A stretch of 63,829 bases of DNA, filler included, from Stramenopiles sp. TOSAG23-2 (taxonomy: Eukaryota): the NCBI GenBank assembly GCA_900128395.1. It is 11 parts of 11 records of this genome, joined end to end, with 100 filler letters (N's around TTAATTAATTAA, not from the genome) between each part and the next. Parts side by side here need not be neighbours in the genome. Positions count along the whole stretch, not along the records: positions 6,791 to 13,478 come from LT650417.1; positions 13,579 to 20,258 come from LT650418.1; positions 20,359 to 27,034 come from LT650419.1; 8 more parts are not named here. One strand, written 5' to 3'. Both the position numbers and the translations under genes were made by a program. The notes below the pieces were generated by a model, which worked only from the letters and a program-made list of their open reading frames with translations, was not told the origin of the DNA and did no database searches. This document shows, piece after piece, positions 11,032-22,766 of this stretch. Positions within the stretch are counted from its first letter, which is position 1. Each line of letters starts with the position of its first letter.

Positions 11032-12456
11032 ATGCAGATTTTTGTTAAAAATTTAAGAGGCAAGACGACCACCTTGGATGTGGTAGCGTCTGACACTGTT
11101 GAAAATGTTAAGCAGAGAATTCAAGAAAAAGAAGGTATCGCTCCAAGTCAACAAATTTTAATCCTTGCTGGGAAACAATTGGAAGATACTTGCACTTTGT
11201 CTGATTACAATATTGAAAAAGAAGCAAATGTGGCACTGACGTGTAGATTACGAGGTGGTGCAAGATCCGGTGTATTTAACCAGGCTACAGCAGAACAATG
11301 CACTAAAGATGTTCTAAAATCGTGGTTGAACCATTTGGTAGAACTCGGCTTTCCTAATGATGCAAATACTAAAACTCGCTTGAATTTTTTTGTTCGGGAT
11401 AACCCTATATTTGATTCAAAAGGGGTGCTTGACCAGACAGCACTTCAACTTACTGTTTTGCATTTATCAGGTTGCACAGACGTGTACAAAAATATTATAG
11501 CTCTGCATAAATTTTCACGTCTACCAAGCGAAATGTATGGAAAAAAATCTAATTATTTCAGCCAGGGTGCATACGAGCTCATGAGCCATGATGGTACGTA
11601 CGAGTCAATGTCATACAGCAACAGTAGTAGTGGTGGTAATGCAAATTATATTGTCTCAAGTTACGATTATGCGCAAAAAAAAGGAGTTCCATACCCTTAC
11701 TTTATGATTCAAAGACAAAGGTATAGGTCTAAACCATACCCGTACGACTACCATCTTACTCTTGGTGAATATGTCCAAAAACCGATTGTTGGCATTCGCT
11801 CACAGCGTGCAATTTTACATTTGAAAGGTTATACAAATGACAAAGCCAACTGCCAATTGCTATTACGGTTTGAGTGGGATTGGAAGCAGGTAGTAGAATT
11901 CTATCAAGACTATGAGAGATTCAAGCTATATGATGTTAATGAAGGTTTGAACATCACAAATAACTTGGACGGAATGATCACGAACTTGGAGGCAATGATC
12001 AAATGCCGTAGAGCTCTCAAGCGTGCCAACATCAACGAAATGAATGGCTCTAGTGGCGGTTCCAATAATAGCAGTTCTAATTCGATTTCCAGCAATACTA
12101 TCGGTGCTGCTGATGGTAGTTCTTCCTCGAACTCTAACAGCACTACAACCACAACCACAACCACAAGCAGCAATGTTGGTCGCCGTGATTCTAGGTTTGG
12201 CAATGAACGTATTAAAAGTGAAATATCTATAAGTGTTGCCGAATTGAAGAAAAAAAGAAAACGTCATATGGCAAAATTTAACGAATACGAGCAAAAAGCG
12301 AAAATTCATAAAAAAGAAATTAAAGATATTGACCAAAAGATTGCACGATCGGACGAGATTACACAGCAGCAATTGGCATCATTACCACTCCAAAAAAAGG
12401 GCGGTAGTTCCAGTTCCAGTAATAATAATAATAATAATAGTAGTAGTTTTGCCTGA
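11032..12456 (+). CDS. Ubiquitin-like domain fusion protein (divergent Ub ending LRGG, unknown ~250-aa domain, coiled coil)
   Basis: MQIFVK...[17 protein letters not shown]...RLRGG at residues 1-76. The remainder is unrecognised. Confidence 0.85.
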   Translation: MQIFVKNLRGKTTTLDVVASDTVENVKQRIQEKEGIAPSQQILILAGKQLEDTCTLSDYNIEKEANVALTCRLRGGARSGVFNQATAEQCTKDVLKSWLNHLVELGFPNDANTKTRLNFFVRDNPIFDSKGVLDQTALQLTVLHLSGCTDVYKNIIALHKFSRLPSEMYGKKSNYFSQGAYELMSHDGTYESMSYSNSSSGGNANYIVSSYDYAQKKGVPYPYFMIQRQRYRSKPYPYDYHLTLGEYVQKPIVGIRSQRAILHLKGYTNDKANCQLLLRFEWDWKQVVEFYQDYERFKLYDVNEGLNITNNLDGMITNLEAMIKCRRALKRANINEMNGSSGGSNNSSSNSISSNTIGAADGSSSSNSNSTTTTTTTTSSNVGRRDSRFGNERIKSEISISVAELKKKRKRHMAKFNEYEQKAKIHKKEIKDIDQKIARSDEITQQQLASLPLQKKGGSSSSSNNNNNNSSSFA

Positions 12457-13579
12457 ATATCACGTTGTTTTCATGAAAAAGAAATAAAAAGATAATAAAA
12501 ACGAAAAAATACGGAACGAATACTAAAATATACACTGTTCTTCGGTACTGATGTACTGATACTTCATATATATATATAAATATACAAAAGAAAAAAGAAA
12601 GCAAAGGCAAGAAAAGGCAAGAAGAAAAAAACAAATAAAAGGCACATTCCTAATCATATAAATCATAGAGTAGTAATATAGACTTTTTAAAATTATCACA
12701 AATATAATATGACATATTTTTTTAATTTTAAAATAATGAAATACAACTTTTAAAACTAAAACACCGTAAATTTTTTAAAATTTGTATGTTGCCACAACCA
12801 ATTTTTAAAATTGGCACGTTGCCTGGATTGCACCATTGCAACCATTTAAATTTTATGTGTTGAAATTGCCAAGTTTCACCGTCGTCATAAAAATTAATAT
12901 ATATATATAGTATAATATATGCTGTAGTTCTGTGTCGATGCTATTTGTTGTGCAAAATCCAGAAAATCACCAAAATTTCATTTTCTTTCATCGTCATATC
13001 ATCATCACATATTATTACCACTCACCACTCATGACTCATGACTCATGACGCAGTTCCGCAGCTTCCAGCTTCCATCAGCTTCAGCTTTCTATTTCATCAC
13101 AGACATCAGACATCAGCAGCCATCAGCCATCAGCCATCACAGCCTTCCGCCTTCCGCCTTCTTCCCTATATAATTATATTTTTTCAAGTAGTGTGTGCGT
13201 GTGTGCTATATGCTATATCATAGTATCATAGTTGTTATTATTATATAGTGTAATAGTGTAATAGTAGTATAGTAGTATAGTAGTTGTGTGTTATATATAA
13301 TATATAATATATAATAGTGTTATAGTGTTATAGTGTTATAGTTGTTACCAAAAAGCCAAAAAGTATAGTAGTATAATACTACCTGGTATAATATATATAT
13401 AACTGTAGTAAACAGTAAACACGCAAACATGCAGGAAGATCTTTGATTGCAAAAATAGTAAAGATACATTAATACAGANNNNNNNNNNNNNNNNNNNNNN
13501 NNNNNNNNNNNNNNNNNNNNNNTTAATTAATTAANNNNNNNNNNNNNNNNNNNNNNNNNNNNNNNNNNNNNNNNNNNNT

Positions 13580-16500
13580 ATGACTGGACGGCATGTACTA
13601 TCTATGTGTTGTAAAGCTGATAGTTATAAGGGCGCATGCATGCATCCAGAATTCGAATTACTGATTGGTGGCTGCAAAACTGATAGTCATTGTACAGAAA
13701 AAGATCCCAAAAGTTATTGTCAAGATGAACACATTTGTAAAACTAAAAAACAAACCCATGAACATTGTAACAGGAATGAAGAATGCGAAACGAATAATTG
13801 TCAAAACAATTTATGTTACAAATCTTGCACTAATGCTGCAGAATGCAAATCGCATGTATGTGAAGACGGAAGCTGCAAATTATGTTCAAATATATGTTTA
13901 ACCGAAGGAGAGGATGGATTGAAAAAGAATGGCATTTGCGATGTTGAGTGTTTTACATCGGGTTGCAACAAAGATCATAATGAACCAGCATGTCAAAATA
14001 TTCATTTACCGACTATTACAGTCGATTTGAAAATCGATGCTAGCAATAGACATATGACTAAAAATCTTGCGGAGTTCTTGAGAAACAGAATGAGTAAATC
14101 AACAGAATCTTTAACTCATAATTTTTTGAAAGAATTTTTAAATCTTAATGAATATGATGGTATTAAAATAAAGACGTCAGAACTTGTTTACAAGAGGAGG
14201 AACACTATTTTAAACACAGACAAAGCAGATGATTTCGTTCACCATACAATACGATTTAGCATTAATGGTAACTTAACTTCGCTAAAGTCACCTAAAGTGG
14301 TATATAGTATTCATAAAGCAATTGCTGCTCAGTTAGACATAAGTATAGATGATGTTTCAATTGCTAATATTAATTACATACCAGGAAGCGACGGTGGGCT
14401 CTCTTCAAAAACTATGCCAATCGTGAATCCAGGATTATTAAAGAGAGTAGGAAGCCTATTTCCAAATCATGCATATGAGAAGACGTTTGATTATCGGATT
14501 GATTATAAAATCAAAGCTAGTAATGTCAATAGTCAAACTATAAAAGAAACGATGTCCTTGCCTTATTATCACGATTCCATTTTCAGGGCTATCCTATTAG
14601 AGTTGAGACTTAATTCTATATTTCCATACGTTCCCGTTGTAATGCCGTGGATAACTTCAAATTCAGGAGATGGTAAAATGATTGTTGAAGCTCATATAGA
14701 ATTGCAATTTTCAGGGTCTAGTGTCACGGTGCAACAATTAAGAAATAGGATGTATGAACTAAAGACTGCAATTGCGAAAGGCTTTCATCATGTGAATCCT
14801 GATGGTGTTGAAATTACAGATATTATAGAAATAAAATCAAGTAGACGACTTTTAAATGTAAATAATCATCATCATTTCAACGAAAATAAGCATTTGTTCA
14901 AACTGACTCGCCATTTAGTAGCAGGGTCAAAAATATTTATTTCATACACTGCCACTGCAACTGGAAATGGAACACAAATAAATGAATGGAAATCTAACGA
15001 CGCGGTTCCAAAAAACTCGGCAGTCGATTTAGAAAACGAATTCGCAATTGCTACAGGTGTGACAGTAGATGTTATTAAAACTACATCCATTATTACGGGT
15101 TATTCCCTTGCAAAGCAAGATGACATAACAAAATTAGTTCAGCATTTTTCTTTCGTCAAAGGTTTTATTTATGCAGACCAGCCATATATGATCCAAATGA
15201 CATTTTCTGAAGATGTAATTAAAATTGGTGACTTTTCAAAAAGTAGTTTTAATGTTACAATAGATGGTAATTCTACCAACATCAATCATATAAAAAAAAC
15301 CGATGATGGAAAAATCAATTTATATTTAGACTCACACGACTGTGGTGTGGTTGATGCTTCTACTTGTTTCAACCGTAGAATATACTTTGGTGAAAACGTA
15401 AAAGTGTCATATGTTGCAGATAACAGTTATGGTTACGAAATTGAAACGTATGATAAAAAAAAGAAATTATCTTCCTTTTATTCACGCAACATAATAAATA
15501 ATGAGATAACTACGTGCTCATTAACTAAGTGGAAACATGGAAGTAAGTGCATCAACTGTCCAACAGGAAAATTTCGCTTAAACCAATTAGAACAAAAATG
15601 TAAATTTATAACCGGAAAAATATGTGGACCCGGATTTTACTTTAATTCAAAATCGCAAAAATGCGTCAGTTGCAATCAAAAGTACGGCTTTACTGAATTT
15701 TATAGTTCAGAGAATGAACCTTGCACACCACGTAATGACACAGCATTTAAATGTTCAAATGGGGAATACCAAACATACGCTGGCTCTGATATCGATAGAA
15801 TGCAATGTATTTCTTGCGCCCCAGGGCGTTTCTTAAAACCAGGCAGTTTCTCTGCTTCGCCAACAAAGTGTACACAGCATCAAATATGTCCGCGTGGGAA
15901 ATATGTAAATCCAAAAAGTGGCACTTTCACAAAAGATATAACATGTCTTGATTGTACAACTGGTAAATTCAATGATAAACCAGATAATGGAAATTGCATG
16001 TCTCATATGATATGCCCAAGTGGATTTATAGAGATAAAGAAAACAAGGGAACAAGATACAGAGTGTAAAATCGCTATAATCACTGATGAAGCTGGATTTA
16101 GGCAATATAAAAAAGAAAAAGAAGAAGCCATTCCTTGTAACAGTGGAGAGTACGTTAAGGTTGTTGATCGAGAAGGGAAATTTAAATGTGTTGCTTGTCC
16201 ACCAGGTAGATTTACAACTACATCTATGTTTACTCTAAAACGGCTTCCTCACTCGGATTGTTTTGTAAACAAGACCACCGGTTACAAACATTATAAAGGG
16301 GATCCGAATCCTGGTGATGATGTTGGTGATTGTGTGTCGAGCGTCCCATATTCTTGTAAACGGTGGACAAAATGTAGATTTAATGAGTATGTAACTACCC
16401 GGGGGACTAGTAAAAACGATTTTGTTTGCCAAGCTTGTAACAATACAGGATTGGCTTGGTTTTCTGGTATATCAAGACAGGGAGACGGGGAAAATGAACG

Positions 16501-16765
16501 TTGCGTGAACATAACACGTCCCGATAATAATATGTACGTCTGGCTTTCGCTTGCTGTTACTGCGTTTATATTTTGTGCATGGGCATTAAGTCGTTTTACA
16601 CAAAGATGTTGTTGTCCAAAGCAGCCTATCGATCCGCGTGATCCAAAGGGTATACGCAAACGGGAATTGGCGAGACGACCACATGCTCCATTAAGCGCTC
16701 CTCCGTTGAAGGTTGATGAAATTCCAATGAAACTACGTGTACAGAGACGTGTTGTGACTTTTTGA
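13580..16765 (+). CDS. Cys-rich type I membrane/surface protein (LNR-like, RRL motif, SwmB-like segment, TNFR/GCC2_GCC3-like repeats, C-terminal TM); probably 5' partial
   Basis: NGICDVECFTSGCNKD (LNR-like), SSRRLL, repeated CxxCPxGxF, and TM helix YVWLSLAVTAFIFCAWAL. Starts at the contig edge with no signal peptide. Confidence 0.75.
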   Translation: MTGRHVLSMCCKADSYKGACMHPEFELLIGGCKTDSHCTEKDPKSYCQDEHICKTKKQTHEHCNRNEECETNNCQNNLCYKSCTNAAECKSHVCEDGSCKLCSNICLTEGEDGLKKNGICDVECFTSGCNKDHNEPACQNIHLPTITVDLKIDASNRHMTKNLAEFLRNRMSKSTESLTHNFLKEFLNLNEYDGIKIKTSELVYKRRNTILNTDKADDFVHHTIRFSINGNLTSLKSPKVVYSIHKAIAAQLDISIDDVSIANINYIPGSDGGLSSKTMPIVNPGLLKRVGSLFPNHAYEKTFDYRIDYKIKASNVNSQTIKETMSLPYYHDSIFRAILLELRLNSIFPYVPVVMPWITSNSGDGKMIVEAHIELQFSGSSVTVQQLRNRMYELKTAIAKGFHHVNPDGVEITDIIEIKSSRRLLNVNNHHHFNENKHLFKLTRHLVAGSKIFISYTATATGNGTQINEWKSNDAVPKNSAVDLENEFAIATGVTVDVIKTTSIITGYSLAKQDDITKLVQHFSFVKGFIYADQPYMIQMTFSEDVIKIGDFSKSSFNVTIDGNSTNINHIKKTDDGKINLYLDSHDCGVVDASTCFNRRIYFGENVKVSYVADNSYGYEIETYDKKKKLSSFYSRNIINNEITTCSLTKWKHGSKCINCPTGKFRLNQLEQKCKFITGKICGPGFYFNSKSQKCVSCNQKYGFTEFYSSENEPCTPRNDTAFKCSNGEYQTYAGSDIDRMQCISCAPGRFLKPGSFSASPTKCTQHQICPRGKYVNPKSGTFTKDITCLDCTTGKFNDKPDNGNCMSHMICPSGFIEIKKTREQDTECKIAIITDEAGFRQYKKEKEEAIPCNSGEYVKVVDREGKFKCVACPPGRFTTTSMFTLKRLPHSDCFVNKTTGYKHYKGDPNPGDDVGDCVSSVPYSCKRWTKCRFNEYVTTRGTSKNDFVCQACNNTGLAWFSGISRQGDGENERCVNITRPDNNMYVWLSLAVTAFIFCAWALSRFTQRCCCPKQPIDPRDPKGIRKRELARRPHAPLSAPPLKVDEIPMKLRVQRRVVTF

Positions 16766-17071
16766 TTTTTGCCCGCGTAATATATCGATTTTTTAATATA
16801 TAATTATTAGGTTACGCATAATTTACGACTCGTATTTTTTAATTTACTTATGATAATTCCTACTTTTCAAAAGAATAAATAACTGAAATAATTATTTTTT
16901 AAAATATATATTTATATATATATAAATATATATTTTAAAAAATAATTATTTCAGTTATTTATTCTTTTGAAAAGTAGGAATTATCATAAGTAAATTAAAA
17001 AATACGAGTCGTAAATTATGCGTAACCTAATAATTATATATTAAAAAATCGATATATTACGCGGGCAAAAA

Positions 17072-20000
17072 TCAAAAAGTCACAACACGTCTCTGTACAC
17101 GTAGTTTCATTGGAATTTCATCAACCTTCAACGGAGGAGCGCTTAATGGAGCATGTGGTCGTCTCGCCAATTCCCGTTTGCGTATACCCTTTGGATCACG
17201 CGGATCGATAGGCTGCTTTGGACAACAACATCTTTGTGTAAAACGACTTAATGCCCATGCACAAAATATAAACGCAGTAACAGCAAGCGAAAGCCAGACG
17301 TACATATTATTATCGGGACGTGTTATGTTCACGCAACGTTCATTTTCCCCGTCTCCCTGTCTTGATATACCAGAAAACCAAGCCAATCCTGTATTGTTAC
17401 AAGCTTGGCAAACAAAATCGTTTTTACTAGTCCCCCGGGTAGTTACATACTCATTAAATCTACATTTTGTCCACCGTTTACAAGAATATGGGACGCTCGA
17501 CACACAATCACCAACATCATCACCAGGATTCGGATCCCCTTTATAATGTTTGTAACCGGTGGTCTTGTTTACAAAACAATCCGAGTGAGGAAGCCGTTTT
17601 AGAGTAAACATAGATGTAGTTGTAAATCTACCTGGTGGACAAGCAACACATTTAAATTTCCCTTCTCGATCAACAACCTTAACGTACTCTCCACTGTTAC
17701 AAGGAATGGCTTCTTCTTTTTCTTTTTTATATTGCCTAAATCCAGCTTCATCAGTGATTATAGCGATTTTACACTCTGTATCTTGTTCCCTTGTTTTCTT
17801 TATCTCTATAAATCCACTTGGGCATATCATATGAGACATGCAATTTCCATTATCTGGTTTATCATTGAATTTACCAGTTGTACAATCAAGACATGTTATA
17901 TCTTTTGTGAAAGTGCCACTTTTTGGATTTACATATTTCCCACGCGGACATATTTGATGCTGTGTACACTTTGTTGGCGAAGCAGAGAAACTGCCTGGTT
18001 TTAAGAAACGCCCTGGGGCGCAAGAAATACATTGCATTCTATCGATATCAGAGCCAGCGTATGTTTGGTATTCCCCATTTGAACATTTAAATGCTGTGTC
18101 ATTACGTGGTGTGCAAGGTTCATTCTCTGAACTATAAAATTCAGTAAAGCCGTACTTTTGATTGCAACTGACGCATTTTTGCGATTTTGAATTAAAGTAA
18201 AATCCGGGTCCACATATTTTTCCGGTTATAAATTTACATTTTTGTTCTAATTGGTTTAAGCGAAATTTTCCTGTTGGACAGTTGATGCACTTACTTCCAT
18301 GTTTCCACTTAGTTAATGAGCACGTAGTTATCTCATTATTTATTATGTTGCGTGAATAAAAGGAAGATAATTTCTTTTTTTTATCATACGTTTCAATTTC
18401 GTAACCATAACTGTTATCTGCAACATATGACACTTTTACGTTTTCACCAAAGTATATTCTACGGTTGAAACAAGTAGAAGCATCAACCACACCACAGTCG
18501 TGTGAGTCTAAATATAAATTGATTTTTCCATCATCGGTTTTTTTTATATGATTGATGTTGGTAGAATTACCATCTATTGTAACATTAAAACTACTTTTTG
18601 AAAAGTCACCAATTTTAATTACATCTTCAGAAAATGTCATTTGGATCATATATGGCTGGTCTGCATAAATAAAACCTTTGACGAAAGAAAAATGCTGAAC
18701 TAATTTTGTTATGTCATCTTGCTTTGCAAGGGAATAACCCGTAATAATGGATGTAGTTTTAATAACATCTACTGTCACACCTGTAGCAATTGCGAATTCG
18801 TTTTCTAAATCGACTGCCGAGTTTTTTGGAACCGCGTCGTTAGATTTCCATTCATTTATTTGTGTTCCATTTCCAGTTGCAGTGGCAGTGTATGAAATAA
18901 ATATTTTTGACCCTGCTACTAAATGGCGAGTCAGTTTGAACAAATGCTTATTTTCGTTGAAATGATGATGATTATTTACATTTAAAAGTCGTCTACTTGA
19001 TTTTATTTCTATAATATCTGTAATTTCAACACCATCAGGATTCACATGATGAAAGCCTTTCGCAATTGCAGTCTTTAGTTCATACATCCTATTTCTTAAT
19101 TGTTGCACCGTGACACTAGACCCTGAAAATTGCAATTCTATATGAGCTTCAACAATCATTTTACCATCTCCTGAATTTGAAGTTATCCACGGCATTACAA
19201 CGGGAACGTATGGAAATATAGAATTAAGTCTCAACTCTAATAGGATAGCCCTGAAAATGGAATCGTGATAATAAGGCAAGGACATCGTTTCTTTTATAGT
19301 TTGACTATTGACATTACTAGCTTTGATTTTATAATCAATCCGATAATCAAACGTCTTCTCATATGCATGATTTGGAAATAGGCTTCCTACTCTCTTTAAT
19401 AATCCTGGATTCACGATTGGCATAGTTTTTGAAGAGAGCCCACCGTCGCTTCCTGGTATGTAATTAATATTAGCAATTGAAACATCATCTATACTTATGT
19501 CTAACTGAGCAGCAATTGCTTTATGAATACTATATACCACTTTAGGTGACTTTAGCGAAGTTAAGTTACCATTAATGCTAAATCGTATTGTATGGTGAAC
19601 GAAATCATCTGCTTTGTCTGTGTTTAAAATAGTGTTCCTCCTCTTGTAAACAAGTTCTGACGTCTTTATTTTAATACCATCATATTCATTAAGATTTAAA
19701 AATTCTTTCAAAAAATTATGAGTTAAAGATTCTGTTGATTTACTCATTCTGTTTCTCAAGAACTCCGCAAGATTTTTAGTCATATGTCTATTGCTAGCAT
19801 CGATTTTCAAATCGACTGTAATAGTCGGTAAATGAATATTTTGACATGCTGGTTCATTATGATCTTTGTTGCAACCCGATGTAAAACACTCAACATCGCA
19901 AATGCCATTCTTTTTCAATCCATCCTCTCCTTCGGTTAAACATATATTTGAACATAATTTGCAGCTTCCGTCTTCACATACATGCGATTTGCATTCTGCA

Positions 20001-20257
20001 GCATTAGTGCAAGATTTGTAACATAAATTGTTTTGACAATTATTCGTTTCGCATTCTTCATTCCTGTTACAATGTTCATGGGTTTGTTTTTTAGTTTTAC
20101 AAATGTGTTCATCTTGACAATAACTTTTGGGATCTTTTTCTGTACAATGACTATCAGTTTTGCAGCCACCAATCAGTAATTCGAATTCTGGATGCATGCA
20201 TGCGCCCTTATAACTATCAGCTTTACAACACATAGATAGTACATGCCGTCCAGTCAT
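17072..20257 (-). CDS. Identical mirror copy of the 13580-16765 surface protein
   Basis: Same 1061-aa translation. Probably not an independent gene. Confidence 0.4.
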   Translation of the reverse strand: MTGRHVLSMCCKADSYKGACMHPEFELLIGGCKTDSHCTEKDPKSYCQDEHICKTKKQTHEHCNRNEECETNNCQNNLCYKSCTNAAECKSHVCEDGSCKLCSNICLTEGEDGLKKNGICDVECFTSGCNKDHNEPACQNIHLPTITVDLKIDASNRHMTKNLAEFLRNRMSKSTESLTHNFLKEFLNLNEYDGIKIKTSELVYKRRNTILNTDKADDFVHHTIRFSINGNLTSLKSPKVVYSIHKAIAAQLDISIDDVSIANINYIPGSDGGLSSKTMPIVNPGLLKRVGSLFPNHAYEKTFDYRIDYKIKASNVNSQTIKETMSLPYYHDSIFRAILLELRLNSIFPYVPVVMPWITSNSGDGKMIVEAHIELQFSGSSVTVQQLRNRMYELKTAIAKGFHHVNPDGVEITDIIEIKSSRRLLNVNNHHHFNENKHLFKLTRHLVAGSKIFISYTATATGNGTQINEWKSNDAVPKNSAVDLENEFAIATGVTVDVIKTTSIITGYSLAKQDDITKLVQHFSFVKGFIYADQPYMIQMTFSEDVIKIGDFSKSSFNVTIDGNSTNINHIKKTDDGKINLYLDSHDCGVVDASTCFNRRIYFGENVKVSYVADNSYGYEIETYDKKKKLSSFYSRNIINNEITTCSLTKWKHGSKCINCPTGKFRLNQLEQKCKFITGKICGPGFYFNSKSQKCVSCNQKYGFTEFYSSENEPCTPRNDTAFKCSNGEYQTYAGSDIDRMQCISCAPGRFLKPGSFSASPTKCTQHQICPRGKYVNPKSGTFTKDITCLDCTTGKFNDKPDNGNCMSHMICPSGFIEIKKTREQDTECKIAIITDEAGFRQYKKEKEEAIPCNSGEYVKVVDREGKFKCVACPPGRFTTTSMFTLKRLPHSDCFVNKTTGYKHYKGDPNPGDDVGDCVSSVPYSCKRWTKCRFNEYVTTRGTSKNDFVCQACNNTGLAWFSGISRQGDGENERCVNITRPDNNMYVWLSLAVTAFIFCAWALSRFTQRCCCPKQPIDPRDPKGIRKRELARRPHAPLSAPPLKVDEIPMKLRVQRRVVTF

Positions 20258-20927
20258 ANNNNNNNNNNNNNNNNNNNNNNNNNNNNNNNNNNNNNNNNNN
20301 NNTTAATTAATTAANNNNNNNNNNNNNNNNNNNNNNNNNNNNNNNNNNNNNNNNNNNNCACATGTTTTTCAATAAAAAGTAGAAATATATATGTTAAAGT
20401 GGTATAAATGTATAGATTAGAATACTAAATATTGTACTTAAATATACCCTATTATATAGTATTTTTTTATTGATCCTCCTGATCTTATTAAAGGTGGGTC
20501 ATATAAATATATACGTATAATAATACGGCTCTCGTACGTGTGTGAGAAATACTCTTGGGATGTTTTAAGAATATTTTTTTGAAAGAAAACTTTTCTAGAG
20601 AGAGATATTTTATTCGTGTGTAGATACAGAAAAAGTTTTCAGAATTAAATTTTACAACACGATATTAATTATTATGCAACATGTGTGTGCGTACTATATT
20701 CTATTTTTATTAAAACTTAAAAACCTAATTACGAATCCGTATTTAATAATATATTTGGGTAATGATATAAATATCTTTACTGTACGAACGTAATATTAAT
20801 ATAAAAAAATACTCGTCGTACGAAAAGCTTTCGTATGCATTTTATTAACACTCGCTGTACATGATATTTTGATTTAATAAAAATACGAAAATATTTTTTA
20901 TTAAATTTTGCTTTTTATTTTTTAAAG

Positions 20928-21752
20928 CTATGATAAAAAATATCTTTCACCATCATCCATGACTCTGCTATTTGTTGAAACGCGTTTAAATGACTCTGTT
21001 ACTTTATTATGATATGTACGTCCATAACTATCTTTTTCATGAGGATATGATTTATGAATAGCGGTTTGAGGAGAAAAGACTTCATTTTTCGCTTGTAAAT
21101 CCATATTATTCATTTTATTTAAAAGATCTTTGATACAATTACCAATATCAATATATTTTCGCCAATATATATTATCTTTTTGGTCGACTTGAATCATATT
21201 ATATTGAGAATACAATTGTGACAATTCATTGCACCAATACCATGATCTTTCACTAAAATTTGCACGGTTCCGTCCCTGTGGAACATAGCATACATGAAAG
21301 AATAAGAAGTTAGAGAGGAAATGTTTTTAATAGGTTTGGGGGGAATATGGTTTACTTACCAATTGTTTTGTTGCAACTGCTACATCGTAGTCTTTGATAA
21401 ATTCATACACTTTATTCATGCAATTATCTAATTTCTCTCCGCAATAATCTAATTCCATCATGTATTGTCGTTCTATTTTTTGTACCTCTGGTTTACCAGT
21501 GAAAGACCTAGCATCAATATATGTACGTGGTGTATTTTTCATTGGCGACGTTTGTAAATTAGGATTGTTATTATATGCATATTCAATATTTTGTACATCT
21601 CTCGGTGTTCTCTGTGGCATTCCATGTGCAAACGATGAAATTTTATATTGTGTATTATTTTGATTCGCATATTTAGTTGCAAAATGGGTTTCTTGCGTTG
21701 GGACGTTGATAAATGTTTTTTTACCTCTTCTTCTTGGTGTTGTAGCATCCAT
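20928..21752 (-). CDS. Two-exon hypothetical protein (~246 aa); exons 21752-21360 and 21275-20928
   Basis: Intron 21359-21276 has a GTAAGT donor, CTAAC branch point and CAG acceptor. It joins KQL|GRNRANF in phase 0 and links two ORF-track fragments. Confidence 0.75.
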
Positions 21753-22511
21753 TGTTTTTCTTTTGGTTTGTATTACTTTTCTTTTATTTTCCTCTCTTCA
21801 CTGACTCTCTTCTCACTGTCCTGTAGGTAGTATCGGAAGTATTTATTTTTCATTTTTGTTTTGTAACGATTTATTATTAATGCAAACGTGTTGTTTGTTT
21901 TTGTCATATGATAATCTAGTATATTTATAACTCTGACAGTTTTAGTTTTCACTAAAGAAAAACACCTTAATAGGTTATTTAGTAAAAATACTATACCAGG
22001 TATATAAACTTTATAACTTAGACAGAAGTATTTGACTACAAACTACAACAGCTACAGTATTATCTTTCAAACAAGGCATGGATGGAATGCAAATAGTGGT
22101 TCTAGTGGAAACGATATGGGAATTGTTCGTAATAATGGACGAAATACATTCAATTACAGATTAATGAGCCCAATTATTTATAGTGATGCAAAAGAAGTAG
22201 TAATTCTTGTGCCTAAATAAAATAATATATAATAAAATATATATTTTATACTACATGATCAAGATATATATATTTTTGGTATGATAATAATATCATAAAA
22301 ATCTCAAGAGACATGATTATTAAAATATTTTTCTTCTCTCCTACATTAATATTAAAACGTATCATATGATATGCATAGATTTGGACCAGGAAATGCCTCT
22401 GGTGTCCAGAGAACATTAATATAACATCTCTGGGGCTATAGTAGCGCTATTATAGCCAGGCTGGAAATCTCACAGCCTCTGGGAACTGGGAAGACTCTTT
22501 TTGCTTTAAAG

Positions 22512-22566
22512 TAGCACGGGAAGTACAATTTATTAATAACTTTTTAGATTTTAACACACTATCAAA
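22512..22566 (-). promoter_or_regulatory. Dispersed 3'-flank element B (also at 38875-38937 and 47490-47577)
   Basis: Shared (TAGC)ACGGGA(A)GT...ATAACTT..AGATTTTAAC..ATCAA, always downstream of a minus-strand coding region. Confidence 0.6.
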
Positions 22567-22766
22567 TTTAAAATATGCACATTTTATTTTTATAAGTAAA
22601 AGGGGAGAATTATGCACATATTTCATACGAGTCGTAATATTTTTAACTCTACACCACAGTACAAACTACGAACGGTATCAAAAATACACACATACATTCA
22701 CACTCTTGTAAATTTGTATTTCTTGATGTGCTAAAGATAATTATACCACAGAGTTCAATACACACA

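Larger units (their letters stand above)
13579..20258. repeat. Whole-contig perfect palindrome (2 x 3340 bp, no spacer)
   Basis: The arms are reverse complements with the centre at 16918/16919 (TTTATATA|TATATAAA). Both arms give identical ORF translations. Confidence 0.97.
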
